This document shows, piece by piece, positions 1-8,359 of a DNA stretch of 24,334 nucleotides. Within the stretch, counting starts at the first letter, position 1; each line of letters begins with the position of its first letter. The DNA lies in the IMG/VR virus record IMGVR_UViG_3300018984_000002, positions 102,777 through 127,110 of that record; one strand, written 5' to 3'. The position numbers were made by a program, and so were the translations under genes. This DNA comes from a virus. A model generated the notes under the pieces. That model was not told the DNA's origin. It made no database searches and saw only the letters and a list, made by a program, of their open reading frames with translations.

Positions 1-183
1 TTCTAAAAGGTCAAAACTGTTATACCGCAATACCCACAATGTAATATTATTAATTGTTTTTTGAAGATAGTTGTAGATATAACAAATACGGTGACTTTTA
101 GGTAAACGTTGTCCACTAATCAACTCAGTATAACCACTATCACCGTTAGTAGTTCTGGTATCTCCGTTAATACGATTAGACAT
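1..183 (-). CDS. N-terminal part of a possible PduO-type ATP:cob(I)alamin adenosyltransferase-like protein (runs off the window edge)
   Basis: Manual translation from ATG 183: MSNRINGDTRTTNGDSGYTELISGQRLPKSHRICYIYNYLQKTINN... TTNGDSGYT..GQRLPK resembles the PduO ATP-binding motif T(K/R)xGDxGxT...RxxK. The downstream GxxDELN motif is not conserved, and only 61 codons are visible. Confidence 0.45.
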   Translation of the reverse strand, partial: MSNRINGDTRTTNGDSGYTELISGQRLPKSHRICYIYNYLQKTINNITLWVLRYNSFDLLE

Positions 184-195
184 AGCATTGTATCT

Positions 196-432
196 TTAAT
201 ACAGTAAAAATGATTGTCCACCTAACACTCTTTCTTTCATTAAGTCTTCTAGCATTAATTGCCTAGAAATACTTGCAAGAAGTAATACTTTTATAAAATA
301 TATCCTTTGTGTTTCGGACATATTGTGAATAGCATTGTTGTATAAATTATAAAAACTAAATTGATCTTCTAGATTCCAATTATTGATGGTTGCTATTTCT
401 TCGGCGCTTAATTTAGTAATATCGGGTTCCAT
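196..432 (-). CDS. hypothetical protein (78 aa)
   Basis: ORF tightly packed with its neighbours on the coding strand; no recognisable motif. Confidence 0.7.
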   Translation of the reverse strand: MEPDITKLSAEEIATINNWNLEDQFSFYNLYNNAIHNMSETQRIYFIKVLLLASISRQLMLEDLMKERVLGGQSFLLY

Positions 433-434
433 AT

Positions 435-869
435 TTAACGACCATTTCCACGAATATTTGTTTCTGGACTTCTAATCATTTTTAAATATTGCAATGGTTG
501 TACAGTATCCTTTAGTTTTACCCATTCACCTTTTTCGTTGTAACCATATGTTTCTCGGCGTTCTGTCATAGGAATATTATTTTGATAACGAGTACTTACA
601 ACTGTTTTATTTTCTACAGGTAAATTTCCTTCTACAACTATTTTGTCACTTAATTCAATATAAGAACTACGATGCTCTATGTCATGTGTCCATTCAGGAG
701 CTAATTTGTAGTAGCTTTCTAAATCATTTCCTACATAGTCATATGCAAATTCTTCAAAGGTATGCCAAGCTAAATTACCAGAATGTGTTTCAAATTTGTC
801 TGCACAAGTATCCCACCAAGCAAAACGATAAGGTATGTCTTGATTCGTTAAATTAATAAAGCGTTTCAT
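435..869 (-). CDS. hypothetical protein (144 aa)
   Basis: ORF track; GAGG-less but tight packing (2 nt to the next gene); no recognisable motif. Confidence 0.75.
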   Translation of the reverse strand: MKRFINLTNQDIPYRFAWWDTCADKFETHSGNLAWHTFEEFAYDYVGNDLESYYKLAPEWTHDIEHRSSYIELSDKIVVEGNLPVENKTVVSTRYQNNIPMTERRETYGYNEKGEWVKLKDTVQPLQYLKMIRSPETNIRGNGR

Positions 870-896
870 AATTAAAACCTTGTTAGTTTTAAAAAG

Positions 897-933
897 AGTC
901 CGAAATATAAATAGTACACTTATATTTCGGACT
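897..933. repeat. GTCCGAAATA-family inverted repeat (copy 1), possible terminator or protein-binding hairpin
   Basis: AGTCCGAAATATAA (897-910) and TTATATTTCGGACT (920-933) are perfect 14-bp arms; followed by CTTTTT on the minus strand. Confidence 0.85.
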
Positions 934-945
934 ATTACTAATAAA

Positions 946-1515
946 TTAATCTTTAGTAATTTTACTCAATCCATACGGCGTAATCATATAAAGCTTTGTA
1001 CGTTTAAAACTATCAGGAGTACAAACCATTCCTATAGCTACTAAATCTTGTAAAGACTTAAAAAACATACGATAAGCTAAAGAATTAGACATAGTTTCTT
1101 TGACTGTTTTACTAAAGGTATACTGTTCTTCCTTTGTAAAATAAGACTTGCTTACCAACTCCGTAAAGATTTCTCCAGCAGTAGCCGAGTCTTTATCTTT
1201 TTTGATAATATCAGCTAAATACATTAAAATTCCAATCTTAATATCCTTTGGTGGGTCATTTGTTTTGTCTTGCTGAATACTATCAGCTTTTTCAATAACC
1301 TTAATCATATCCTGCAATTCTTGAGGAACAAAAGAAATACGAACACTACCTTGTGTAATATCAACAAAATAGTTTAGTAAATCAGTTGCTTCGTCGATGG
1401 TTTCAGCTTCTTGGAGTAATAGTAAAATAGCTTCTTTGGTTTTATCGGCAATAAAGGAATAAACTCCTAAAGACTGTAACTTTTGTGTTAGCTTACTTTC
1501 TGGTGAATTAGACAT
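946..1515 (-). CDS. hypothetical protein with probable C-terminal winged helix-turn-helix
   Basis: C-terminal FFKSLQDLVAIGMV...KRTKLYMITPYG resembles the recognition helix, wing and 'YxITxxG' end of MarR/PadR-like wHTH domains. Confidence 0.5.
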   Translation of the reverse strand: MSNSPESKLTQKLQSLGVYSFIADKTKEAILLLLQEAETIDEATDLLNYFVDITQGSVRISFVPQELQDMIKVIEKADSIQQDKTNDPPKDIKIGILMYLADIIKKDKDSATAGEIFTELVSKSYFTKEEQYTFSKTVKETMSNSLAYRMFFKSLQDLVAIGMVCTPDSFKRTKLYMITPYGLSKITKD

Positions 1516-1538
1516 GATTTTTAATTAAATAAATAAGG

Positions 1539-2534
1539 TTAATATCCGCCCACAAGGGTAAGTGGAAATCTTAGAGTTTCTTCAGGATAGTAATCTAAAA
1601 CCTTAAAATCACTATACTCAAAGTCTGTAAGGTATTTTTGTCCACGGTCTTCTATTTGTAATTTAGGGAATGGTTTAAGACCATTGTTTTGACGTGCTAT
1701 TTGTTCTTTGGCGACTTCAATTTGGTCACTATAAATATGTACATCTGTTGCCTGGAATAATAGTGTACCAGGTTTAAATCCAGTACATTTAGCATACATA
1801 TGTAATAACAAACTATTTTGTGAAACATTAAAAGGGCAACCTAATAACAAATCCCACGATCTGACCCCGACACGTAAATTAAGATAGCCATTATTCACTA
1901 TTAGTTGATGTTCATAAACACAGGGAGCTATTACTACAGTTTCCTGCCCTGTTTGTTCAGACATTCCGTATATTCTTTCTGGGTTCCAACAACTAACTAC
2001 AAAGCTTTTACGATCAGGTGTTTTCTGTATAGTATTAATAGCCCATTTTGTTTGGTCGATAATCTCTGTATACAAAGAAGAGGAACCCCAACTAGTAAAA
2101 TCTGTATAAGGAATAGGAATAGTGTAATTAGGCTTACTTAATACAGTAGCTACAAAATCCTCAAAACTATAATCACTGGGAGTGTACTTATATTTTTTTA
2201 GGAAATACTTGTAAGCAAAGCCATTCCAGATAGGAACTTTTTGTTGATGTAATTCTGCTACATTACCATTTCCTTTTAAAAACCATAGCATCTCTTTAAA
2301 TGCCCCTGGATAATACACACTTTTACTGGTATAAATAGGAATTACATTATCCCGGCAATCAAATTCTAAGGTTGCACCAAATACACTTAGAATATATTTA
2401 TCATCTTTAGGTACCTCAGAATACACATTTTTATCAATAGTTCCTAACTTATCTGTAGGACTAAAGATACTTTTTTTGCTGCCTGTTTCTAATACTCTTT
2501 TTAGTAATTCTAAATACTGAATTTCTTCTAACAT
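1539..2534 (-). CDS. thyA: thymidylate synthase ThyA (start moved to MLEEIQYLELL at 2534)
   Basis: QYLELLKRVLETG, EMLWFLKG, PDRKSFVVSCWNP, catalytic APC, RSWDLLLGCPFN, DVHIYSDQ. The longer ORF start at 2597 runs through an intergenic hairpin. Confidence 0.95.
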   Translation of the reverse strand: MLEEIQYLELLKRVLETGSKKSIFSPTDKLGTIDKNVYSEVPKDDKYILSVFGATLEFDCRDNVIPIYTSKSVYYPGAFKEMLWFLKGNGNVAELHQQKVPIWNGFAYKYFLKKYKYTPSDYSFEDFVATVLSKPNYTIPIPYTDFTSWGSSSLYTEIIDQTKWAINTIQKTPDRKSFVVSCWNPERIYGMSEQTGQETVVIAPCVYEHQLIVNNGYLNLRVGVRSWDLLLGCPFNVSQNSLLLHMYAKCTGFKPGTLLFQATDVHIYSDQIEVAKEQIARQNNGLKPFPKLQIEDRGQKYLTDFEYSDFKVLDYYPEETLRFPLTLVGGY

Positions 2535-2565
2535 AATATACCTTTGGATAAATAAACAATAAAGA

Positions 2566-2611
2566 AGTCCGAAATATAAGTACAGAAAGCGGCGCACTAT
2601 TATTTCGGACT
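2566..2611. repeat. GTCCGAAATA-family inverted repeat (copy 2)
   Basis: AGTCCGAAATA (2566-2576) ... TATTTCGGACT (2601-2611), between the CYTH gene and thyA. Confidence 0.85.
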
Positions 2612-2628
2612 ATTACTTGGTAAAACTA

Positions 2629-3366
2629 TTAACCTACCAAAAATACTCCGGATGATAAAATAGGAGCTATAAAACGAATATCATTCCAAATTAGTTTATC
2701 TGTACCGTAATATTCTTTCCAATGTTTTTGATAGAAAGTAAACATATCTTCTAACAAGTTTATGTCTAATTCTTCTAAACCTAATTTGTTTAAAATATAT
2801 CTCAATTTAGGTTCAGTACAAAGAGCTTCTTCTTCAGTATCTACTACACTTTCTATCTCTAATACTTTCCCGTAACCTGCATTAGTATCTAAACATATTT
2901 CATGTTTAAAGTCTTTAAATTCATCACCAACATAGTTATAAATTTGACGGTTACGACTCCATTTACTAGCATAAATTAAACCGCTATCTAGCAGTAGATT
3001 ATCTAGATCAACTAGATCCATGTCAAGGTTAATTTGAATCTCTTTACGGGAAATACCATTTTGATGATTGGTATCTGTTAGTGAATATTTAACAATTAAA
3101 TATGTATTTTCTTTATAATCTTGTTCCTCTGTCCAACGTGTACGTATAGCTACATCATTTGTTTTGAAAGCTTCTAATAATTCTGTGTAAGCCTTGTGTA
3201 ATAAATGACCTTTTAAGTTATCAAATAATTCTGTTACCCAGTGAATACTATTTACTTTGAAATAATGGTTTAGTTGTTTCTCTGTATTAGTTAGTTTGTA
3301 ACCATTGTCGAATAAAGTTTGAACATCTAACTTATTAGCTAAGGCTTTTAGTTCTACTTCTATCAT
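2629..3366 (-). CDS. CYTH (CyaB/thiamine triphosphatase, triphosphate tunnel metalloenzyme) family protein
   Basis: N-terminal ExExK motif (IEVELK), QLNHYF, IRTR, SRKEIQI, WSRNRQIY, LD...GYGKVLEIE. Confidence 0.85.
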   Translation of the reverse strand: MIEVELKALANKLDVQTLFDNGYKLTNTEKQLNHYFKVNSIHWVTELFDNLKGHLLHKAYTELLEAFKTNDVAIRTRWTEEQDYKENTYLIVKYSLTDTNHQNGISRKEIQINLDMDLVDLDNLLLDSGLIYASKWSRNRQIYNYVGDEFKDFKHEICLDTNAGYGKVLEIESVVDTEEEALCTEPKLRYILNKLGLEELDINLLEDMFTFYQKHWKEYYGTDKLIWNDIRFIAPILSSGVFLVG

Positions 3367-3402
3367 TTTGTTTTAGTGTTGTTAAGTGAAAGTAAAAGAG
3401 AA

Positions 3403-3444
3403 AATAGTCCTAGATACAAGAAAGCCTTATATTTTCGGACTATT
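3403..3444. repeat. degenerate GTCCGAAATA-family inverted repeat (copy 3)
   Basis: AATAGTCCTAGATA ... TATTTTCGGACTATT immediately downstream of the nrdJ stop; T-rich tail on the minus strand. Confidence 0.65.
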
Positions 3445-3460
3445 GTGTTGTCTGTTATTG

Positions 3461-4573
3461 TCAGCGAACAGGACAAGATCCTTGACAATCTGCTTCTAAA
3501 TCATGAAGTTCTTCATTTACTTCGTATTGTTGTAATAAAGTTAATAGTTGAGCTTCGTTAAGAGTAGGAATACTCTTTTTTATTTCATCATACTCTTCTT
3601 TGGTGCAAGCTTCATTTGGCATTTGAGGGTGAGAACATTCTGGAGAATTAGGATCAAATCTTTTTAGTAAAGCTAAACCAATAACATAATCCCAATTATC
3701 GTACAACCATTTAGTAACATCTTCCCATTCATGATCTGCAACTGTAATGGTGTTACTAGTATTATGTCCATCCTTTGTATAGTTATTCTGAATAAGCTTA
3801 TAACGCTCAAGTTGAACTAAAGCAGATTCATCTATTGCGCGAATAGGTGTTGCTCCTTTTACACCAAACTTAAACACCCAAGTAGTACATTCTTCTGAGA
3901 AAAGAAGTTCCTCATTAGACATATTAAGCCTTTTGTTTCGGACATCCGTGTATTCCTTGTAGCTCATAAGATTGTTGTACAGACTACCTAGATCAGTGTA
4001 ATAAGCTTCTTCAGATAAGTCTGGATAATAATCACTACCTTGACTATTTTCTGGAGTAGGAATCATACCAGCTTCGTACAAAGCAGTAGCCAAAGGGTCA
4101 GACTTACTAAATCGAATTCGGCATATTTGATAAGGTGCATACCCACGACTAATTCCAGCTGATACTCCTGGTAGCTTACTGAGTGTTCCATTAGGTTTAA
4201 CTAAAGTAACTCTTGCGGAACGAGGAATACCTAAGTGCTTGTGGTATATGTCTGCTGCTTCTCGAATTGTCTTTGATAAAGCTTGATAAAAAAGTCTTGT
4301 CTCAAACTCATTCCAACCAAGTAAATCTAAAGCGTCTACAACACCTGTAATGTCTACTCCTAATAGCCTGTCTCGTTTTTGAACTTTATCCCATTCAGGA
4401 TGCCACTGGTCAGCTAAAGTTTGACGGCTACCTACTCGTGTTACCAAGTAAGCTGTTTGACTTAGTTTGAGATAGTCAACTAAATATTTACCTGTGTTCT
4501 CATCTTTAAAGATATGTTCCATTAAATTAATGGAAGTTAAATTGCAACTTTGTTTATCGTCTAATGCAGCTTC
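3461..4573 (-). CDS. nrdJ: class II (adenosylcobalamin-dependent, monomeric RTPR-type) ribonucleotide reductase, exon 3
   Basis: Frame is open 17 codons upstream of the ORF-track start: EAALDDKQSCNLTSINL-MEH...; also RLLGVDITG, TLVKPNGTLSKL, HNTSNTI and the C-terminal redox pair CQGSCPVR. Confidence 0.93.
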   Translation of the reverse strand, partial: EAALDDKQSCNLTSINLMEHIFKDENTGKYLVDYLKLSQTAYLVTRVGSRQTLADQWHPEWDKVQKRDRLLGVDITGVVDALDLLGWNEFETRLFYQALSKTIREAADIYHKHLGIPRSARVTLVKPNGTLSKLPGVSAGISRGYAPYQICRIRFSKSDPLATALYEAGMIPTPENSQGSDYYPDLSEEAYYTDLGSLYNNLMSYKEYTDVRNKRLNMSNEELLFSEECTTWVFKFGVKGATPIRAIDESALVQLERYKLIQNNYTKDGHNTSNTITVADHEWEDVTKWLYDNWDYVIGLALLKRFDPNSPECSHPQMPNEACTKEEYDEIKKSIPTLNEAQLLTLLQQYEVNEELHDLEADCQGSCPVR

Positions 4574-5744
4574 CGATTTGTTATCCTAAAGGTTTTTTAT
4601 CCTTTAGTTCTGTAGATTTCTATTTTCTACAGTCCCGCATATATTTTCTATATGGCTTTTTAAATAGAGAACTAAATCTTTTCTAGACAAAGAAGTTATA
4701 CCTAGAGCTAAACAAATAGATCTTGTATCCTTAATTCCTGTAGTTGTTTCTACATAATCAAGAAGAGGATTTAAAATAAGTCTAAGCTTATTAAGCTTTA
4801 TCTTTGACCCAAATAAATCTTTATTCTCTTCTGCCCAATTTAGAACTAAAGTTGTTAAAGATTGGGCATGATTAGTTCTATTAATGATTAGCTGATTTCT
4901 AGCTGCTTGTATAGTAATTCTATTTCCACAATCTAAAGAACAAAACTTCTTTTTGAAAGCTTGTGTCTCTGTTATATGTAACTCTAAATTACAAGCAGGA
5001 CAGTACCAGGAAACTCTTGGCGATTTAATTCTTCCTTTTAAAAATGTACGATCTTGGTTTTTAATTGCAGTCATGTATTTTTTGCGTACTTCAGGTCTTT
5101 TCCAAGCCTCTTTAATACCTATACTCATTTTATCTAAAGTACTTTTAGATACTTTAGCACCATATCTAGGATTCTTTTTTCCAGATACATCTGTGTGATT
5201 AGTTGCCACTGATTTCCAGTAGATTTTTAAATCATGAACAGGTAAATAAATAGATTTAAGTAGATTTTCTATATCTTTACTTGTCAAAATATCAATGTTG
5301 ATATTTAGCTCTTTCTTAAATTTATTTATTCTTTCAGTATCTCTTATTAAAAAGAAATCCCCTTTTATTTCAGTATAGGTTTTATCAGCTAACTTGAAAT
5401 CTGGTTTGTAAGCTTCTCCAGAATTTAAATACAAAGTCTCAGCTTCATACTCCCAAGGTGTTTTGAGGGCATCTAGATAAAATGCGTACAAAAATTCAAG
5501 AGTAGACCTTAAATACACGTCTTTATACTTTCCTGCATAACCAGATACATTTACATTTCTAGTCATATAGCTGCCCACTCGTGGTAGTTTATATTCTAGA
5601 TTATAAACAATAATGTAATCTAGGTTCACCTACTATGCTGTACGGTGTCAAAAGATTTTTAGTTCTTTTGCTTACCTCGGTATTTCCATTTCAGGATTCA
5701 CCGATTTTGGGCAGTTTTTAACGTGAGGCAAATTAAGCAAAGAT
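4574..5744 (-). mobile_element. group I intron nrdJ-I2 (1171 nt, probably IA3-like) with a homing endonuclease in the P8 region
   Basis: Follows an exon U (GTGGT) and ends in omega-G (...GATAACAAATCG). P3 CTGCCCA/TGGGCAG; P4-region ATCGGTGAA/ATACCGA; P7 GCATA/TATGC; P9 hairpins CTGTAGA..TCTACAG and TAAAGG..CCTTTA; P10 candidate GCTT/AAGC. Confidence 0.88.
4604..5566 (-). CDS. intron-encoded homing endonuclease, PD-(D/E)xK nuclease + NUMOD3 + Cys4 finger (likely start MTRNVN at 5566)
   Basis: YLRSTLE..WEYE..YKPDF..EIKG nuclease motif; GKKNPRYGAKVSKSTLDKMS (NUMOD3-like); CPAC...FCSLDC. The 3' end overlaps intron P7'/P9. Confidence 0.82.
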   Translation of the reverse strand: MTRNVNVSGYAGKYKDVYLRSTLEFLYAFYLDALKTPWEYEAETLYLNSGEAYKPDFKLADKTYTEIKGDFFLIRDTERINKFKKELNINIDILTSKDIENLLKSIYLPVHDLKIYWKSVATNHTDVSGKKNPRYGAKVSKSTLDKMSIGIKEAWKRPEVRKKYMTAIKNQDRTFLKGRIKSPRVSWYCPACNLELHITETQAFKKKFCSLDCGNRITIQAARNQLIINRTNHAQSLTTLVLNWAEENKDLFGSKIKLNKLRLILNPLLDYVETTTGIKDTRSICLALGITSLSRKDLVLYLKSHIENICGTVENRNLQN

Positions 5745-5749
5745 ACCAC
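5745..5749 (-). CDS. nrdJ: nrdJ exon 2: 5-nt micro-exon GTGGT
   Basis: Joining AAT CCG T|GT GGT|GAA GCT gives N-P-C-G-E-A, the invariant RNR active-site motif. The exon is preceded by an omega-G and ends in U. Confidence 0.88.
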
Positions 5750-5947
5750 CATCTATGTTAACTACAGTTTCATTTGTTATAGCTGTAGATCGGACTATAC
5801 CACCATCTTAAATAAGATGCCCATTGGTAGTCTCTAGCGGCTTCTAGATAATCTAGCTATCCGTCGGGATTGTCTACTTCTAGATGTTCCCCGATATTCT
5901 GGGTTTTCATAGTTAATCACTTAACTATGCCGCCTGGTTGATTATTG
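5750..5947 (-). mobile_element. group I intron nrdJ-I1 (198 nt, ORF-less)
   Basis: P1 exon CCGU pairs with IGS GCGG (U.G wobble); P10 ACCA/TGGT; P2 CATAGTTAA..TTAACTATG; P3 CCCA/TGGG; P4 TCGGG/CCCGA; P7 GACTA/TAGTC; P8 CATCTTA..TAAGATG; P9 CTACAG..CTGTAG; ends ...AACATAGATG. Confidence 0.88.
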
Positions 5948-7181
5948 ACGGATTACATCCCTTTACAGGACTATTAGCTAGTTTCTGTGAATTACCTATA
6001 ATCCAGAAACCAGGATCACCTATCTGTTTTATCTGCTCAATATCTTGAGATAATTTTTCATAACTTGGACGTTCATAGTACAGCATTGAGTTATTACTAA
6101 GTACTCGTGTCGCAGAATAAATAGACTTGTTTGGGTCAGTAAACAAATTTACTTTCGCGTCTACCAACTCTTTATTTTCTGGAGAAAATAAACCAATCAT
6201 AGCCGTTCGGCGTGTGCCACCTGAGACTACTCCTTCTCCAATACAATTGGCTATATCTAGGCAACAAATAGGAGTTAGCTTATAATTGTTAATGGTTAAA
6301 AAGCTTGCAATTTTATTAAACATTTTTTGCAAAGCTTGATGACCACTTGCACGTCCACCAAACGTTTTAATACGAGTTCCGGCAGGTCTTACATTATCGT
6401 AAATAAAAGTAATATGTTTGCTCTGACTAAATGTAAGAATGCTTAAGTATAAACGCAGAGCATTACACCAGCCTTCTTTACTATCCCCAACATAAATATC
6501 AAAAGTATTTCCAGAATCAATTGTCGCAATAAAATCTTTGTCATTAAGAATTAAGTCTTCTTTTGTGTATGTTCTCAATGACATTTCATCAATTTCATTG
6601 TACCAAGATACAATCAATTCAGTATTAGATTTTGATTCATCTTTTCCAAGATAATTATAATCATCGTGTTTAATAGTTGCTGGGTACAGCTTGGGCAAAT
6701 TAGCAACTGTTGTATCTTCTATATTAAATCCAGTACCAGCACCTAATAGTAGCCAATAAAAGATTTCACTAAAAGAACTAATACTATCAATTAGTCTTAA
6801 TGTGCAATTCCAGTTAGCACTAGAATCATATTTAGTTATTGCAGTATTCGCAATCCAATAACTACGTCCAGCAGCAAAACCACGTAAATTAAATAAGCAA
6901 TCAAACAGTAATTTAGCTTCTTCTTTTTTACTATCTAAACTACTAACAGTATCTAAGCTTAAACTATATTCCACAACACGCAAACAAGTTTCTGCAAACT
7001 TTTCACGGCGATTTAGTTCTGGAATAAAACGACTATATGTGCGTAGATAAACTACTACTCCAAGTTCACCAAATGGTGGTTCAATTTCTAAGTAAGGTTG
7101 ATAAAAATCCCAGTCAATATATTGGGGTTGTTGTAAATTAAAAAATGTTTTACAACTTTCTAATGATAATAGTGGTGTCAT
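5948..7181 (-). CDS. nrdJ: class II ribonucleotide reductase, exon 1 (spliced product 783 aa)
   Basis: GELGVVVYLRTYSR, NWNC, GAGTGF, DSKEGW, VRPAGTRIKTFGGRASG, VVSGGTRRTAMI, GDPG, GCNP; exon ends after the first T of the Cys codon. Confidence 0.95.
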
Positions 7182-7657
7182 TATTTCTTTACGTAAGTTT
7201 CAAAACGATAATCTTTTGAAGCAAATCTAGCTGATAGTAAACCATACCTATCTGTAGGTATTTCTGGAAAATAACTATCTCCTTCTGGACTTTGATGCAC
7301 TCTTGTTATAAGTAACTTATCTGCTAAATTAATGGTCTGCTTATATATTTCTGCTCCTCCAATTATATATAGGTCTTTCTTGGAATATCGTCCTACAGCA
7401 ATGGGCATAGGTAGATCTGGACAGACCACAACATTATCTATACCATGCCCTAATAGAGATTTGCTTATCACAAAATTAGCTCTATTCGGTAAAGGCTTAC
7501 TACCTAATGACTCAAATGTTCTACGTCCCATTAATACTATATTTTCGGACGTGAGTTCCTTGAATCGTTTTAAATCTTCAGGTATATGCCAAGGCAGTTT
7601 ACCATTATTACCTATTACTCCATTCTCAGCTACAGCAGCAATGATTATTATTTTCAC
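7181..7657 (-). CDS. folA: dihydrofolate reductase
   Basis: IIAAVAENGVIG..LPWHIPEDLKRFKELT..MGRRTFES..PLPNR..IIGGAEIY..GDSYFP. Its stop overlaps the nrdJ ATG. Confidence 0.97.
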   Translation of the reverse strand: MKIIIIAAVAENGVIGNNGKLPWHIPEDLKRFKELTSENIVLMGRRTFESLGSKPLPNRANFVISKSLLGHGIDNVVVCPDLPMPIAVGRYSKKDLYIIGGAEIYKQTINLADKLLITRVHQSPEGDSYFPEIPTDRYGLLSARFASKDYRFETYVKK

Positions 7658-7659
7658 CG

Positions 7660-7872
7660 TTATTCTTCTTCAGAGTAATTTCGACGTTGGTCTATTTCTT
7701 TAACAGTAGTATCTATGAAATCTAGGTTTGCGTCACTTTCACTTGGGAAGCTCTCCACACTAACTCTACCTAGATAATCCCACGAATAGCTACCATCTTC
7801 GTTTTGTTCAACCTTATAGTCACTATCTTTATCTTCTGAGTAAGTCATTTTAAGCACCCTGATAACTTGCAT
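7660..7872 (-). CDS. hypothetical protein (70 aa)
   Basis: ORF track; abuts folA. Confidence 0.65.
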   Translation of the reverse strand: MQVIRVLKMTYSEDKDSDYKVEQNEDGSYSWDYLGRVSVESFPSESDANLDFIDTTVKEIDQRRNYSEEE

Positions 7873-7923
7873 ATTATAAGGATAACTGAAATCAGTGTTA
7901 TCTATTTCTAAATGAATAGATAC

Positions 7924-8115
7924 TTAATCGCGACTTATTTCTATCCAACGCATATTACATTGAAGCTCTGATTTACCTGACTGGATACACATATCAATAT
8001 ATTCTTGTTTTGCGTTTCTTTCTGCGTGAGCTACAAATATTAGAAAACAAAGAAAAGCTAAGGCGGCTATATACAATGCACCCCATTCTATTAAATGCTC
8101 TTTTAAATTATTCAT
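7924..8115 (-). CDS. small single-TM membrane protein (paralogue of 8108..8356)
   Basis: Hydrophobic ALYIAALAFLCFLIFVA, then KQEYIDMCIQSGKSELQCNMRWIEISR. Confidence 0.75.
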   Translation of the reverse strand: MNNLKEHLIEWGALYIAALAFLCFLIFVAHAERNAKQEYIDMCIQSGKSELQCNMRWIEISRD

Positions 8116-8356
8116 AACTGTTACAACGACTTATTTCAAAATAACGCATTTCACAATAGGATTGTGTTTTACCTGTATTGGCACATAGCTGTAGATATTC
8201 AGCTTTACTATCTTTCACGTTATATCCTAGTGCAATACCCAAAACTATAAGCCAGATTATTGCCACCAAAACAAAAACATCAATTAAGAAATATTCTTTT
8301 AGATGTAAACGCAAAGTATCCCAAAGATATTCTAAATGATCTTTTAGTTTTTCCAT
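8108..8356 (-). CDS. small single-TM membrane protein (paralogue of 7924..8115)
   Basis: Hydrophobic VFVLVAIIWLIVLGIALG, then KAEYLQLCANTGKTQSYCEMRYFEISR. Confidence 0.75.
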   Translation of the reverse strand: MEKLKDHLEYLWDTLRLHLKEYFLIDVFVLVAIIWLIVLGIALGYNVKDSKAEYLQLCANTGKTQSYCEMRYFEISRCNSYE

Positions 8357-8359
8357 CGT

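Noticed and set aside
1539-2534. ThyA homologue acting as a dCMP hydroxymethylase or DNA-modification enzyme
   Set aside because: It retains the dUMP-specifying Asn in D...G.PFN and sits with DHFR; an ordinary thymidylate synthase is the simpler call.
4574-5947. A single large intron, an intein or a frameshift explaining the nrdJ split
   Set aside because: Joining exon 1 directly to exon 3 gives CCG TGA (stop) and loses the catalytic Cys. The insert contains stops and changes frame, so it is not an intein, and two distinct P7 pairings are present.
3461-7181. nrdJ and the 20533..23590 gene as pseudogenes or naturally split two-gene pairs
   Set aside because: Canonical group I splice junctions restore conserved motifs and the reading frame in both cases.
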